Below are positions 6,916 through 15,849 of a stretch of DNA of 33,154 nucleotides, piece after piece. The stretch lies in the IMG/VR virus record IMGVR_UViG_3300005805_000267, positions 1 to 33,154 of that record; one strand, given 5' to 3'. Position numbers and translations under genes: made by a program. Under the pieces are notes generated by a model, which saw only the letters and a program-made list of their open reading frames with translations, had not been told where the DNA came from and searched no databases. Positions within the stretch are counted from its first letter, which is position 1. Every line of letters starts with the position of its first letter. Origin of the DNA: a virus (Duplodnaviria; Caudoviricetes).

Positions 6916-8948
6916 TAGTAAGTCGTTTTAAATTCAGCCATTGATACAACCGTTGAATCAGCATTGTTAGCATTTTGAATTGCAAATACAATGTATTTAT
7001 CAGTAGTCCAATCAATGTTTAAAGCAGAATAAGCGGTTGTTGAGTTGAGATAATCGAGTAACTGGTTTGATATACCCGTATTCATTACTTCTGTATTGGT
7101 AGCTGTTTTGACTACAAGGTTTCTAAAAATAGTTATACCCAACGCTGTATTCGTCGTTTGATAAACAGCAATAAGCGTTCCTCCAATAGCTGCGGATGTA
7201 TTGGCATAAACGCGAAGTGTAGTAACGCCACCTGTTCCCGTTTTTCTTGCCCTATATTTTAGTTCCCATATTTGACCTACCGATACTGTGTTTGCCGGTA
7301 TCAAAAATGAGTTGACATAAGTATTTGCCGTTGTTCCAGTTACCGCAGTTTGATCAGATGTAAGATCGTATGCCTTTCCCGAAATCTTATTATTAAATGT
7401 AGTCCAGTCTGCCGATGTCAAAAACCCTTTTGTGCTACCGTTGGCGGCTTGTCCGTTGGTATAGTCAATGCTGATGACACCGGATGTCGCATTGAAGTCC
7501 GATGCCGTAAATGTAGCCGCTCCCTTAGTAGTGCCATCGGCAGCCGCATCTTGTATGCTAATGGCTGGAGTTGTGCCACCACTGGATGCAATGGGTGATG
7601 TTCCAGTTACCGATGTGACTGTTCCATTCCCCTTGTTGTTAAATGTAGTCCAATCGGTTGAGGTCAAAAATCCTTTTGTCGATCCTGATGCAGCCTGACC
7701 ATTGGTGTAGTCGATGCTGATCAGTCCGGCACCATTGTCATTGAAATCGGCAGCGGTAAAAGTTGCGACACCTTTTGTCGTGCCATCGGCAGCAGCGTTC
7801 TGTAATGTGCTGGTCACATTACCTGTTTTCCATTGCTGATCTGATGAATCGTAGTAAATAACATCATTGTTGGCAGGTGTCTGAGCCTGGACATTGTGTA
7901 ATTCATCCAATTCATATCCATTCTGCACCCTGACATATATCTGCCCATTGCCGACATTGGCACGTTCCACAATGCCCACATACACCAAGTGATTTGGTGC
8001 GTATTGCTTGACATTGGTATAGTCACCTGCCGTATTGGCAAGGTATAGCGTATCACCGGCAGTATAGGCTCCAAGGTTTAACCCTTGAATAACACCCTGC
8101 ATGATGATATATCCAAGTCCATTAACTGCAATAGATGATGAGTAAACCAAACCCACAGTTTTTGCACTGGTTGCATCACTGGTATTTAATGCCCTTTTTA
8201 CGGACATTTTATCGCCTGATGCACCAAAAGCATAGACAACCATACCCTTTGTAATTGGTACGGCATCCACATTTTTAACATAGGCAAACATTTGATTGGG
8301 TTTGATACCAATAATCTGAAATGCTGTGCCGTCATAAATGCAGATAAATTCCTGCCCGGCTTTTATATCACCTCCGACAACTTCCTCATCCACGTTTTTG
8401 TATATGGGTATAGGTCCAAGGCCATTGACATCCAACGTTGATCCGTTGGTGTTGGCATTGGAAAAGTTGATGGTAAAGGCTGTATTTATATTGTAGGCAG
8501 TTATCCCTGGAATGGTTACCGCATAGGTGTCCGTTCCGGTGGTAGTGCCTGATGGTAATCCGTTTAGTGAATTTGCGTTCATCAATGTCCACACCCCGGC
8601 TACCTTATTCCAAATGTCTCCGGTAATCCGATTGAGGAAGTAGTCGCTGTTGGCTCCAAAGGAAACATCCGGATCACTATCACCGTGATACCATTCGGAT
8701 GTGCTGTTGTAAATGTTTTGACCGGTTAAAAAATTAACCAGTTCGCCAACCGTTGCAAATGTGGTAGGAACGGTTATTTGCGTGATGTCAAGGTCAAAAA
8801 CATTGTTTTTGAAGTCATTGAACGTAACAGTGGTATTGTTCGTGTCAATGGATAAACGCATTGCATACTTGTTCACATATTGCACCACTCCGGTGTTGTA
8901 GGTGAACGTAAATGTCTTAGGTCCTGATATTATTTGCGTGATTGGCAT
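6915..8948 (-). CDS. Tail fibre/appendage protein
   Basis: 677 aa rich in G/T/A/N/S with mosaic fibre modules (TLDVNGLGPIPI; VQNGYELDELHNV; GFLTSTDWTTFNNK; GTVTSVTG). Confidence 0.75.
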   Translation of the reverse strand: MPITQIISGPKTFTFTYNTGVVQYVNKYAMRLSIDTNNTTVTFNDFKNNVFDLDITQITVPTTFATVGELVNFLTGQNIYNSTSEWYHGDSDPDVSFGANSDYFLNRITGDIWNKVAGVWTLMNANSLNGLPSGTTTGTDTYAVTIPGITAYNINTAFTINFSNANTNGSTLDVNGLGPIPIYKNVDEEVVGGDIKAGQEFICIYDGTAFQIIGIKPNQMFAYVKNVDAVPITKGMVVYAFGASGDKMSVKRALNTSDATSAKTVGLVYSSSIAVNGLGYIIMQGVIQGLNLGAYTAGDTLYLANTAGDYTNVKQYAPNHLVYVGIVERANVGNGQIYVRVQNGYELDELHNVQAQTPANNDVIYYDSSDQQWKTGNVTSTLQNAAADGTTKGVATFTAADFNDNGAGLISIDYTNGQAASGSTKGFLTSTDWTTFNNKGNGTVTSVTGTSPIASSGGTTPAISIQDAAADGTTKGAATFTASDFNATSGVISIDYTNGQAANGSTKGFLTSADWTTFNNKISGKAYDLTSDQTAVTGTTANTYVNSFLIPANTVSVGQIWELKYRARKTGTGGVTTLRVYANTSAAIGGTLIAVYQTTNTALGITIFRNLVVKTATNTEVMNTGISNQLLDYLNSTTAYSALNIDWTTDKYIVFAIQNANNADSTVVSMAEFKTTY
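7386..7796 (-). repeat. Intragenic duplication of a 54-55 aa module in the fibre
   Basis: AAADGTTKG...ISIDYTNGQAA.GSTKGFLTS.DWTTFNNK at 7632-7796 and 7386-7547. Confidence 0.9.
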
Positions 8949-9175
8949 TACAGCATGTCGATTATTTTCTGAGCCAGTTCAGCCCTTGTTGTGGCTACCG
9001 GAAAAGAAATGGTTGTGTAATCAATGGAGTAAGTCGCACCAATGGTTTGAATGTCAATTGATGTTCCTGATGTAGGCACCAGCACGTTAACCCACACCTT
9101 TGGGATTATGGTTCTTGCCCCTACGTTATCCGTAATTACAATACTATCCGATACAGGTTCTACGACATCAATCAT
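8948..9175 (-). CDS. Small virion-associated hypothetical protein
   Basis: Coupled to both neighbours by 1-nt stop/start overlaps; resembles the fibre N-terminus (IDYTTISFPVATT vs LDITQITVPTT). Confidence 0.65.
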   Translation of the reverse strand: MIDVVEPVSDSIVITDNVGARTIIPKVWVNVLVPTSGTSIDIQTIGATYSIDYTTISFPVATTRAELAQKIIDML

Positions 9176-9519
9176 CAGTCACAAATATTGGTATAAGTTA
9201 CGCAAAAATAATCATTGTCTTCATCATCAGGATTGATGATTTCCACCCTTGGCGTGCCGCTGATATTTGCGGAAACCCAAATGGTAAACACCCCGGCATA
9301 TTGGCTGAACAATCCAGGGAAGTCATTTTCAGTGATGACAATATTGCCATCCTCATCAGTGGTTATTTCAGCCACATAGGTCTCTCCAAACTTATCCCTG
9401 ACAAAGACATAGTATTCCGTGTCTGCTAAAAGAGCAGTGCCAAGCGTTACGGGCAAGGCACTGTTCTCTCTTATGCAAGTCAGGCAAAGAGGTCCAAGTT
9501 TTTCACATAGTCTCTCCAT
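9175..9519 (-). CDS. Putative structural protein
   Basis: 114 aa, acidic and beta-rich, immediately after the tail tube gene. Confidence 0.6.
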   Translation of the reverse strand: MERLCEKLGPLCLTCIRENSALPVTLGTALLADTEYYVFVRDKFGETYVAEITTDEDGNIVITENDFPGLFSQYAGVFTIWVSANISGTPRVEIINPDDEDNDYFCVTYTNICD

Positions 9520-9529
9520 CCTTACTTAA

Positions 9530-10063
9530 TTAGCAGTCGATACAACGATCGAAGATGCCCACAGGCATGTTAGTCGGACATGGAATGTCTTCCTGGCTGA
9601 ATTTGACAGTAGCGTTCCAAATAACTTTGGATTTGATGTCTTCAGCAATCGGAGCCTTAGGTATAACCAGGGCAGGCTTGCTGCTTACATACACCTGCGA
9701 TTCAGTCCTGTAACCCACACGATAGTCCAAAGACTTTTTTATGGAGTTCCAGAAATTGCAGTTTCCGAGGTAGTTAGGATCGAACACGTTCAGGGTGAAG
9801 TCATAACCGCTGATGTCCATAGGAATGTCACCAAAGCCTGTTTCAGTTACCTCAGCCATTTCAAGGGATCCCCTTGTTTTTGGGAAGATATAAACTGTTC
9901 CGGCACATATTTTGGCGGCCCATTCAGCTGGATCAGTGATGTCAGTCCAGGTCACGCTTACATGCTCAAACCATACGGAACGAATACCACCCAATTCTTT
10001 TGGTGGACAGTCGCTACATGTCGGAGACAATACCGTGTTACATGATGGATAGTAAATTGGCAT
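9530..10063 (-). CDS. Putative major tail tube protein
   Basis: 177 aa, N-terminal C..CP..LGGIR pattern, beta-rich; follows the neck/completion genes. Confidence 0.6.
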   Translation of the reverse strand: MPIYYPSCNTVLSPTCSDCPPKELGGIRSVWFEHVSVTWTDITDPAEWAAKICAGTVYIFPKTRGSLEMAEVTETGFGDIPMDISGYDFTLNVFDPNYLGNCNFWNSIKKSLDYRVGYRTESQVYVSSKPALVIPKAPIAEDIKSKVIWNATVKFSQEDIPCPTNMPVGIFDRCIDC

Positions 10064-10111
10064 TTTTGTAGTTTTTAATATTCAAGCTAATGTTGGCCAA
10101 AGGCCCGACCA

Positions 10112-10705
10112 CTATTCACAAGTGAGGAAACAATTCTTGTCAAAGGTGGTTATTATCGTGTATGTGATGGCATACATGATTGAATTAGGTTTCAATCCGT
10201 ATGTCTCCACATTGTATTCAGTTGCAAATACCTCCTCCATGTTTGTATTGGCAGAGGCAAAGTTGATGATGGCATTGTTCAAAGTCCACGAGGACAATGT
10301 TGCAGTTGGAATGGTTTGCGGCATGGCTGACAATATCATTGCCAGCAAATCCGTTCCATGCAGGTGTATCTTGTTCCTGTCGGATATGATCACCATGAGC
10401 ATATTGGCAGTTTCCTGAATGGAATTGCCAGGGTCTCCATAGTTGTCATCCTCAGGCACAGCTTCATATTCAGTTCCAATCAAACGGTGGTATATTTGGA
10501 TGGGCAAAGTGTCATCAATTACAGCCGATATACCTTCACCGTAATGGTCGATGATTGCCGGGAACGTAGTCCTTACATCACCTTCAAACACCGGAACAAG
10601 TTCCACGATCTCATTGAGGTATTGGCCTCCCTGAAAGCGTTCATCGTTCAGCTTGTTGCTGATCTGACCGTTTATATAGGTGATTATTTGGTTAAGTTTT
10701 GGCAT
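10112..10705 (-). CDS. Putative tail completion/terminator protein
   Basis: Position between neck and tube genes; acidic, 197 aa. Call is by synteny only. Confidence 0.45.
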   Translation of the reverse strand: MPKLNQIITYINGQISNKLNDERFQGGQYLNEIVELVPVFEGDVRTTFPAIIDHYGEGISAVIDDTLPIQIYHRLIGTEYEAVPEDDNYGDPGNSIQETANMLMVIISDRNKIHLHGTDLLAMILSAMPQTIPTATLSSWTLNNAIINFASANTNMEEVFATEYNVETYGLKPNSIMYAITYTIITTFDKNCFLTCE

Positions 10706-11273
10706 TTAGTGTGTTGTTAATGTAACGCTCAAATATTTGCAGGGCGATCTGCTGGTCTTGTTTGGTGACACCCCATATTTTTTTACCCCACTTTTCCTCT
10801 TGCCATTTTTTCAAGTTTGATCCATAGGATGATTTGAATCCAAGCACATAGTCCTTGCCCTGTGCCTCAAAGCCAAAATCCCTTCTTAACTGACCTGTGC
10901 GAAACAGATTGACATTGGCTGTATCTTTCCCTTCCAATGACCTGATCTGTTTGTAGCCACCTTGTAATACAGCGAGGTGACGGTTTCTGTATGTCACCCA
11001 ATCCAATGCTTTGCGTTTGGCCTTTGATCCGAACACCTTATTGGCGGCTGTGCTATTGATAAATGACTTGGCACCTACCAATGTCGGTTTGGTGGAGTAA
11101 CTACCAATGGGATTGCCATCGACATCATCCCCATCATTGTGTATCCTTCGTGTGATGGATGCATACAATGTGGTTGCAATCTCTCGAATCATAGGCCTTG
11201 ACTTGTCAATCTTGGTCAGTTTCCCCTCAAGATCCTTTAGAATTTTGTCGATATTGCTTTCGTATTCCCCCAT
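10692..11273 (-). CDS. Virion morphogenesis/neck protein
   Basis: Basic 193 aa with RRIH..G...DG..IG.YS and VNLFRTGQL motifs. Confidence 0.6.
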   Translation of the reverse strand: MGEYESNIDKILKDLEGKLTKIDKSRPMIREIATTLYASITRRIHNDGDDVDGNPIGSYSTKPTLVGAKSFINSTAANKVFGSKAKRKALDWVTYRNRHLAVLQGGYKQIRSLEGKDTANVNLFRTGQLRRDFGFEAQGKDYVLGFKSSYGSNLKKWQEEKWGKKIWGVTKQDQQIALQIFERYINNTLNAKT

Positions 11274-12307
11274 TAAAGCCCCACGTTTTTGAATGAAACA
11301 GGAGCGTCACATTCAATGCAACAATCGTTTTGATTAAGAGATAAACCATAAACAGCATTGTTAAGTTCACCGGCATACTTGGTATCATTGATGGTGCCAC
11401 CGACATAACGAGCCTCAAATTCCTTGCGGAGTTCCATAGCCCTGTTTTTATCAATGGTTGTCCACCTGTTTATCCGGGATGAATAAATACGCTCGGTCAT
11501 CAGTTCAGCACCCAAGCAATAAGCCCAGGCAGTCATGAAGTATTCTTTGTTGTTGCAAACAAGGTTATCCCATTTGCACCTGATGCTGAACACCCCTGAC
11601 AGTCCATAACTGTCTGATGATGTTAATGCGTTTTTATATCCGGTGATGTATGCCTCGCAGTTGTTGTAACCATAGCAAAGGCAATCACATCCCTGATCAT
11701 AATATGCAAGCTGATCCAATGGTAAGCTTTGCGATATGTGACCAGTGCTGTCATAGACAACATTCAATTCTTTTACAGCGAAATCCACCTCAACAGGTAT
11801 GGTATACCATGCATTTGCAGCAGCAGCGGTATAGCTTTCAGTATGCAGTATGACACCACTTTTTGCATCACGGAAGGTAATGGTGTATGGTGTCAAATCC
11901 TTTGCATATAGCTTCACCGATTGCACATAAATGCTGTTCAGGTTGCTGCTAAATTCGGATATTTTTATAGTGAATCCACGCAGCTCAGCGGCTGCCGGAT
12001 AGGTTGTCGATGTGTTGTAAATACCCAAATCATTTGTCTGGGTGATTTGTTTCAGCTTGTATCCGCTGTTGTATCCGTTGGCACCGAATTTATTCTGCAA
12101 TGCCACGTTAACATCAGTCCTGAAACGTGTTGCTGCCCTGTCTTGAATATCAGACCACAATGCAGCAAGTCCAACGGTGTCGCTGTCAGCAATATCTTCG
12201 ATTTGCTTCCATTCGATACCGGGAAGGAATTTGTTTATATAGACACCTGATGCGGAAGCAGTGTTCACGCAGGCATCAATTCCGATATAGTCTTTGAGAC
12301 AGTTCAA
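11273..12307 (-). CDS. Putative head-tail connector/adaptor (Cys-rich)
   Basis: Directly after the major capsid gene and its terminator; TTG start; 344 aa. Confidence 0.5.
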   Translation of the reverse strand: MNCLKDYIGIDACVNTASASGVYINKFLPGIEWKQIEDIADSDTVGLAALWSDIQDRAATRFRTDVNVALQNKFGANGYNSGYKLKQITQTNDLGIYNTSTTYPAAAELRGFTIKISEFSSNLNSIYVQSVKLYAKDLTPYTITFRDAKSGVILHTESYTAAAANAWYTIPVEVDFAVKELNVVYDSTGHISQSLPLDQLAYYDQGCDCLCYGYNNCEAYITGYKNALTSSDSYGLSGVFSIRCKWDNLVCNNKEYFMTAWAYCLGAELMTERIYSSRINRWTTIDKNRAMELRKEFEARYVGGTINDTKYAGELNNAVYGLSLNQNDCCIECDAPVSFKNVGL

Positions 12308-12323
12308 TGTTTTTTTGTTTATT

Positions 12324-12356
12324 AAAAAAGGCCCTACCCACGAATGAGCAGGGCCT
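12324..12356 (-). terminator. Rho-independent terminator after the major capsid gene
   Basis: Minus strand AGGCCCTGCTCA-TTCG-TGGGTAGGGCCT-TTTTT: 12-bp stem, UUCG loop, U tract. Confidence 0.85.
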
Positions 12357-12381
12357 CTTTTGGTTTAACAATCACCTACGG

Positions 12382-13500
12382 TTAGGCACCGCAGCTATCG
12401 CATGTGTTGGTGATGTTGTAAAGGAGCGATCCACGGTTACCAACCAACGGATCACCGGCACGGTAAGCATTGGAAGGAATTGTGAACAGACCTGCTGACT
12501 TGCTGATGATCAACTGGTAGCCAGGCTGTTGGTCTCCACTTGTTCCGTAGTAAGGATCAGTGATTGACTTGGTGCAATCGTTGTATTTCAACTGGAAGTC
12601 GAAGTCAACCGGAAGCACTTCAGTGCCGCTCAACATTGGCAGAGTCATTGTTCCGAAGGTAGATCCACCTGGTTTAACACCAGCTTTGAAGCCTGTGTAT
12701 TTGAGGTATTCAACCATCTGAACTGCATCAGGCTCGATAACGACGATGTTGTTAGCAGCGAAAGCAGTAGCAGCATCGAGGTCATAGTAGAACTTCACAC
12801 CAGCAGCTTGCAGGGCAGTGTTCAAACCGTTGCCATCAAATGACTTTGCCATTTGCTGCCACATGAAGTTGGCGAACAAACCGCCACCGATAACCTGGGG
12901 AGTGCCAGTGAAACCGTTCAGTTTGTAGTCAGCGAGGATCTGAGTAAGACCATCAGTCAAAGTGTTTGCATCAGCATCTTTGTTGATGTTGATAGTGGCA
13001 GCAGTGTTGAGACCAGTCCTTCTGTTAACACCGATGTTACCTGACAATGAAGTCAACAGGTCGCTGTTCAGTTTTGAAAGGATAGCATTTGCACCGGCAT
13101 AGATTTCCTCAACGAATTCGTTCATGAAATCGGTTGAAGGCTGACCAACAGCAACAGTCTTAGATGCCTCATCCTCGTAACGAGCGATGGTTTCATCAGG
13201 AATGTAGATGCTGAAAGCAGAAGTTGAAGACAGGTTAACAGCTGTTTCGAGGTAGCTGGGAACGTTTGCAACATCGCAATCAATAGATGAAGACACGAAA
13301 TTCTTTGTCCAACGCTGACGGTATTTTACCTGAACGCTTTCCTGGTGACCAGCAGCGTTGTTAAGGCGTAAAACTTGAGGCTTCTTCTGTGACTGAAGGA
13401 AGTTAAGGAAACCAAGGGGTTCCATTTTGAACTGAGGAGTCGCAGTCTGAGCGATCTCCATCAGGTGTTTGAGTAAATAGGGGCGAAATCCGTTTGCCAT
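12382..13500 (-). CDS. Major capsid protein
   Basis: 372 aa after a scaffold-like gene and before a strong terminator; codons typical of high expression (GCT, AAC, TTC). Confidence 0.75.
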   Translation of the reverse strand: MANGFRPYLLKHLMEIAQTATPQFKMEPLGFLNFLQSQKKPQVLRLNNAAGHQESVQVKYRQRWTKNFVSSSIDCDVANVPSYLETAVNLSSTSAFSIYIPDETIARYEDEASKTVAVGQPSTDFMNEFVEEIYAGANAILSKLNSDLLTSLSGNIGVNRRTGLNTAATININKDADANTLTDGLTQILADYKLNGFTGTPQVIGGGLFANFMWQQMAKSFDGNGLNTALQAAGVKFYYDLDAATAFAANNIVVIEPDAVQMVEYLKYTGFKAGVKPGGSTFGTMTLPMLSGTEVLPVDFDFQLKYNDCTKSITDPYYGTSGDQQPGYQLIISKSAGLFTIPSNAYRAGDPLVGNRGSLLYNITNTCDSCGA

Positions 13501-13515
13501 TTTAATTTAGGTTGT

Positions 13516-14424
13516 TTAAGATTGGATTTCCGCTATCTGTGCAGCAAGCTTGTTCATAGCAGCCGATTGTCCTTTGCTTGCATTGGCAGGGGCAGAGGCG
13601 ATCACCGGAGCAGATGAAGCAGCTGGAGCAGCAGGTGCGGATGTTTGTAGTAGATTGTTGTCTGCAAAGACCTTGGATAGGTAATCATTAACTGATACCT
13701 GTTTGTTTTGCTCAAAGTAAGGGGTATCCTCATTGGTACGCAGGACGATGTTTCCTCCCTCATCCGCTACCACCTTTAAGCCGCTTTCCTTTAGTTTCCT
13801 GTTCGCTATGATCTTGGCGGTCTCAATACATGCGTCTTTTGGCATCTTGAGAGATTCCTCCATGGCATAACGATAGGAGCCATAAAGATTGTCAAGTGTC
13901 CAGTTGACACGATCGTTTCTACGCTCCGTTTCAAGCTGGGCAATTTTATTTTCATATTCAGTCTTAGTGCTGAGCATTTTTGCATTTAGGTCCTCCAAAT
14001 CCTTGACAAGTTTAGTTTTGTCACCGCCATTATTGGTCTGTGCATACTTCGACTTGGTTTCCTCTGCAACAAATTCATTGAACTTCTCCATTGCATCATA
14101 GGTATTGAAACGACCGTCAGGATTTCTGCGGACATTTGCATCCCTATATTGCATCCATTTGTCTTGTAGGCCATGCTTTTCTGCAAGGGCTTCAATCTTT
14201 GAGTCAATCGGATTCAATGCCTTAGCAGTCAGTAAAGACTTAATGCGTGGATTGGCCTGTGCAGCTTCCTCGGTCAAAAGATTTGACAGAACTTTGCTGG
14301 TCAGGTCATCGGCAATGTCCAATTCAATGATTGATTGAGATGACAAAATGGATTTTACGCTGGGATCATCATAAGCGATCCCAACATCCTGGAATAGTTT
14401 GTTGAGGAAGTCTCCGAGTTTCAT
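13516..14424 (-). CDS. Capsid scaffolding protein
   Basis: Coiled-coil core and Ala/Pro/Ser-rich C-terminal linker, immediately upstream of the capsid gene. Confidence 0.7.
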   Translation of the reverse strand: MKLGDFLNKLFQDVGIAYDDPSVKSILSSQSIIELDIADDLTSKVLSNLLTEEAAQANPRIKSLLTAKALNPIDSKIEALAEKHGLQDKWMQYRDANVRRNPDGRFNTYDAMEKFNEFVAEETKSKYAQTNNGGDKTKLVKDLEDLNAKMLSTKTEYENKIAQLETERRNDRVNWTLDNLYGSYRYAMEESLKMPKDACIETAKIIANRKLKESGLKVVADEGGNIVLRTNEDTPYFEQNKQVSVNDYLSKVFADNNLLQTSAPAAPAASSAPVIASAPANASKGQSAAMNKLAAQIAEIQS

Positions 14425-14427
14425 GTA

Positions 14428-14766
14428 TTATTTGGATTTTTTGGTTTTGCTTTTGGAAGCCTTTTCGGATGCAGTATCGACAGCAGTATTGACTGTTGAC
14501 AATGTTGCCTTGAGCATATCATTTTCAGCAGTCAGGTCTTCGATTTCTTTTTGCAGGGCAGCGTTTTCGGACTTGTAAGATTCAATGATCTTAGTTTGGT
14601 CCACATTGGATGTAGCTGATTTTTTTACTTCCTTAAAGTTACCCTGGGCATCCGGATAAATGATTTCCACGATCTGATTAAAAAAGATTCTGCGGAAATT
14701 TTCGAGGTTTACCAGTGGCACGAACACTTCATTGCCACTGTTTAATGCGATTTTCACTTTATCCAT
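14428..14766 (-). CDS. Hypothetical coiled-coil protein with basic tail
   Basis: ENAALQKEIEDLTAENDMLK heptads; ends KSKTKKSK. Confidence 0.65.
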   Translation of the reverse strand: MDKVKIALNSGNEVFVPLVNLENFRRIFFNQIVEIIYPDAQGNFKEVKKSATSNVDQTKIIESYKSENAALQKEIEDLTAENDMLKATLSTVNTAVDTASEKASKSKTKKSK

Positions 14767-14785
14767 GCCACAAAATAAAGTAAAA

Positions 14786-14835
14786 TAAATTTGCTAATTC
14801 GCCAAAGTTTTTTATATTTACGGCACTTTACGGCA
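14786..14835 (+). promoter_or_regulatory. Divergent intergenic region with a -7 box and a tandem 9-mer
   Basis: TAAATTTG at 14786-14793; TTTACGGCA at 14817-14825 and 14827-14835. Confidence 0.4.
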
Positions 14836-14845
14836 ATATATTTTT

Positions 14846-15040
14846 ATGGCAAGAAAAAAAGGTGACTGTGAGGACTGCTGCTCGTTTAGCGTAGTGTTCA
14901 CACCTGAAAACTGTTTAACAATCAAACGCATACAGGCACAAAGCTTGCTGAAAGGTCGCAAGTTATCATTTGAGAATGCAGTTAATAAGCTGATCAGTGA
15001 ATACCGATTTGCAAAGGAGACTGGGGCAATAATTAAATAA
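14846..15040 (+). CDS. Small putative DNA-binding protein (RHH-like)
   Basis: 64 aa, basic; strand FSVVFT followed by two helices (LSFENAVNKLISEY). Confidence 0.5.
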   Translation: MARKKGDCEDCCSFSVVFTPENCLTIKRIQAQSLLKGRKLSFENAVNKLISEYRFAKETGAIIK

Positions 15041-15059
15041 ATATACTAAAATAAATACT

Positions 15060-15227
15060 ATGAAAACATTTAGAATTGAATGGATAAAAGAAGATTCCGG
15101 TGGTGGAATTGAAGATTTTATGGCAAATGATATATTGTCATGTCTCCAATCATTTTATGAATATTGGGGTGATCTCGGAATAACAAGACGTGTTTTAAGT
15201 ATTTGTGAGGTTAAATCCGAGCAATAA
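15060..15227 (+). CDS. Small hypothetical protein, 55 aa
   Basis: Not in the ORF track; MKTFRIEWIKEDSGGGIEDFMANDILSCLQSFYEYWGDLGITRRVLSICEVKSEQ* after an A-rich leader; fills the gap between genes. Confidence 0.55.
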   Translation: MKTFRIEWIKEDSGGGIEDFMANDILSCLQSFYEYWGDLGITRRVLSICEVKSEQ

Positions 15228-15246
15228 GCTGAATAGCTTATTTTGC

Positions 15247-15567
15247 CTACTTCTTTTTTCTTTTAGCCTTATCCTGTTCATGCCTGGCATCAAACATCCT
15301 TTTGTGGAACAGGTAAGCCCACACAAACAGGAACGCAAAGCCGACATTTACAAATAGCTGCGGATAGGTCACATGATCAAAGGACAAGGTATTAAACAAG
15401 GTGCCGATAATAACCGCCACCATGCCGAACTTCAATGTCCAGTGCATCATAAACTTCCATTTATGGACAACCTTAGACTTATCCGCAAAAATATACAGAT
15501 AAAACATAGTCATGGAAAACCCAAGTATTGCGTTTGCCAGTGCATTCAGCAGCAACATCATTCTCAT
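15247..15567 (-). CDS. Three-TM membrane protein (holin/antiholin-like)
   Basis: Three hydrophobic helices and a basic C-terminus (KAKRKKK); ATGA-coupled to the upstream membrane protein. Confidence 0.6.
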   Translation of the reverse strand: MRMMLLLNALANAILGFSMTMFYLYIFADKSKVVHKWKFMMHWTLKFGMVAVIIGTLFNTLSFDHVTYPQLFVNVGFAFLFVWAYLFHKRMFDARHEQDKAKRKKK

Positions 15568-15848
15568 AGACCATATTTTTTTGACAGTTTGCTATAAGCC
15601 CATTTGGCTCCGTTCAATCCGGTGAGGCCAAGTATGAAAGCAATCGCATTCTGCATGTCAACACCCACTGATGTCAATTTAAGAACTAATGGTGTCAGGT
15701 AGTTTGCTATCAATGTGCCGGATACGATACCGGCAATAGAGGCCTTGATGTTTATTTTTTCTTTTGCCACGACAGTAACAAGTGATCCGAATAGGCCAAT
15801 GCTCATCAGTGACACGTTCAATCCAAGCTTCAAAAGTAATTCCTTCAT
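15564..15848 (-). CDS. Putative holin
   Basis: Three TM segments with ANYLTPLV...AIAFILGLTG; likely ATG at 15848. Confidence 0.6.
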   Translation of the reverse strand: MKELLLKLGLNVSLMSIGLFGSLVTVVAKEKINIKASIAGIVSGTLIANYLTPLVLKLTSVGVDMQNAIAFILGLTGLNGAKWAYSKLSKKYGL

Positions 15849-15849
15849 T

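Noticed and set aside
7386-7796. Diversity-generating retroelement TR/VR pair
   Set aside because: Both copies are in frame in one gene, differences are not confined to adenines, and no reverse transcriptase is present.
10082-10110. Short GC hairpin upstream of the tail tube gene
   Set aside because: The stem is short and imperfect with no U tract on the coding strand.
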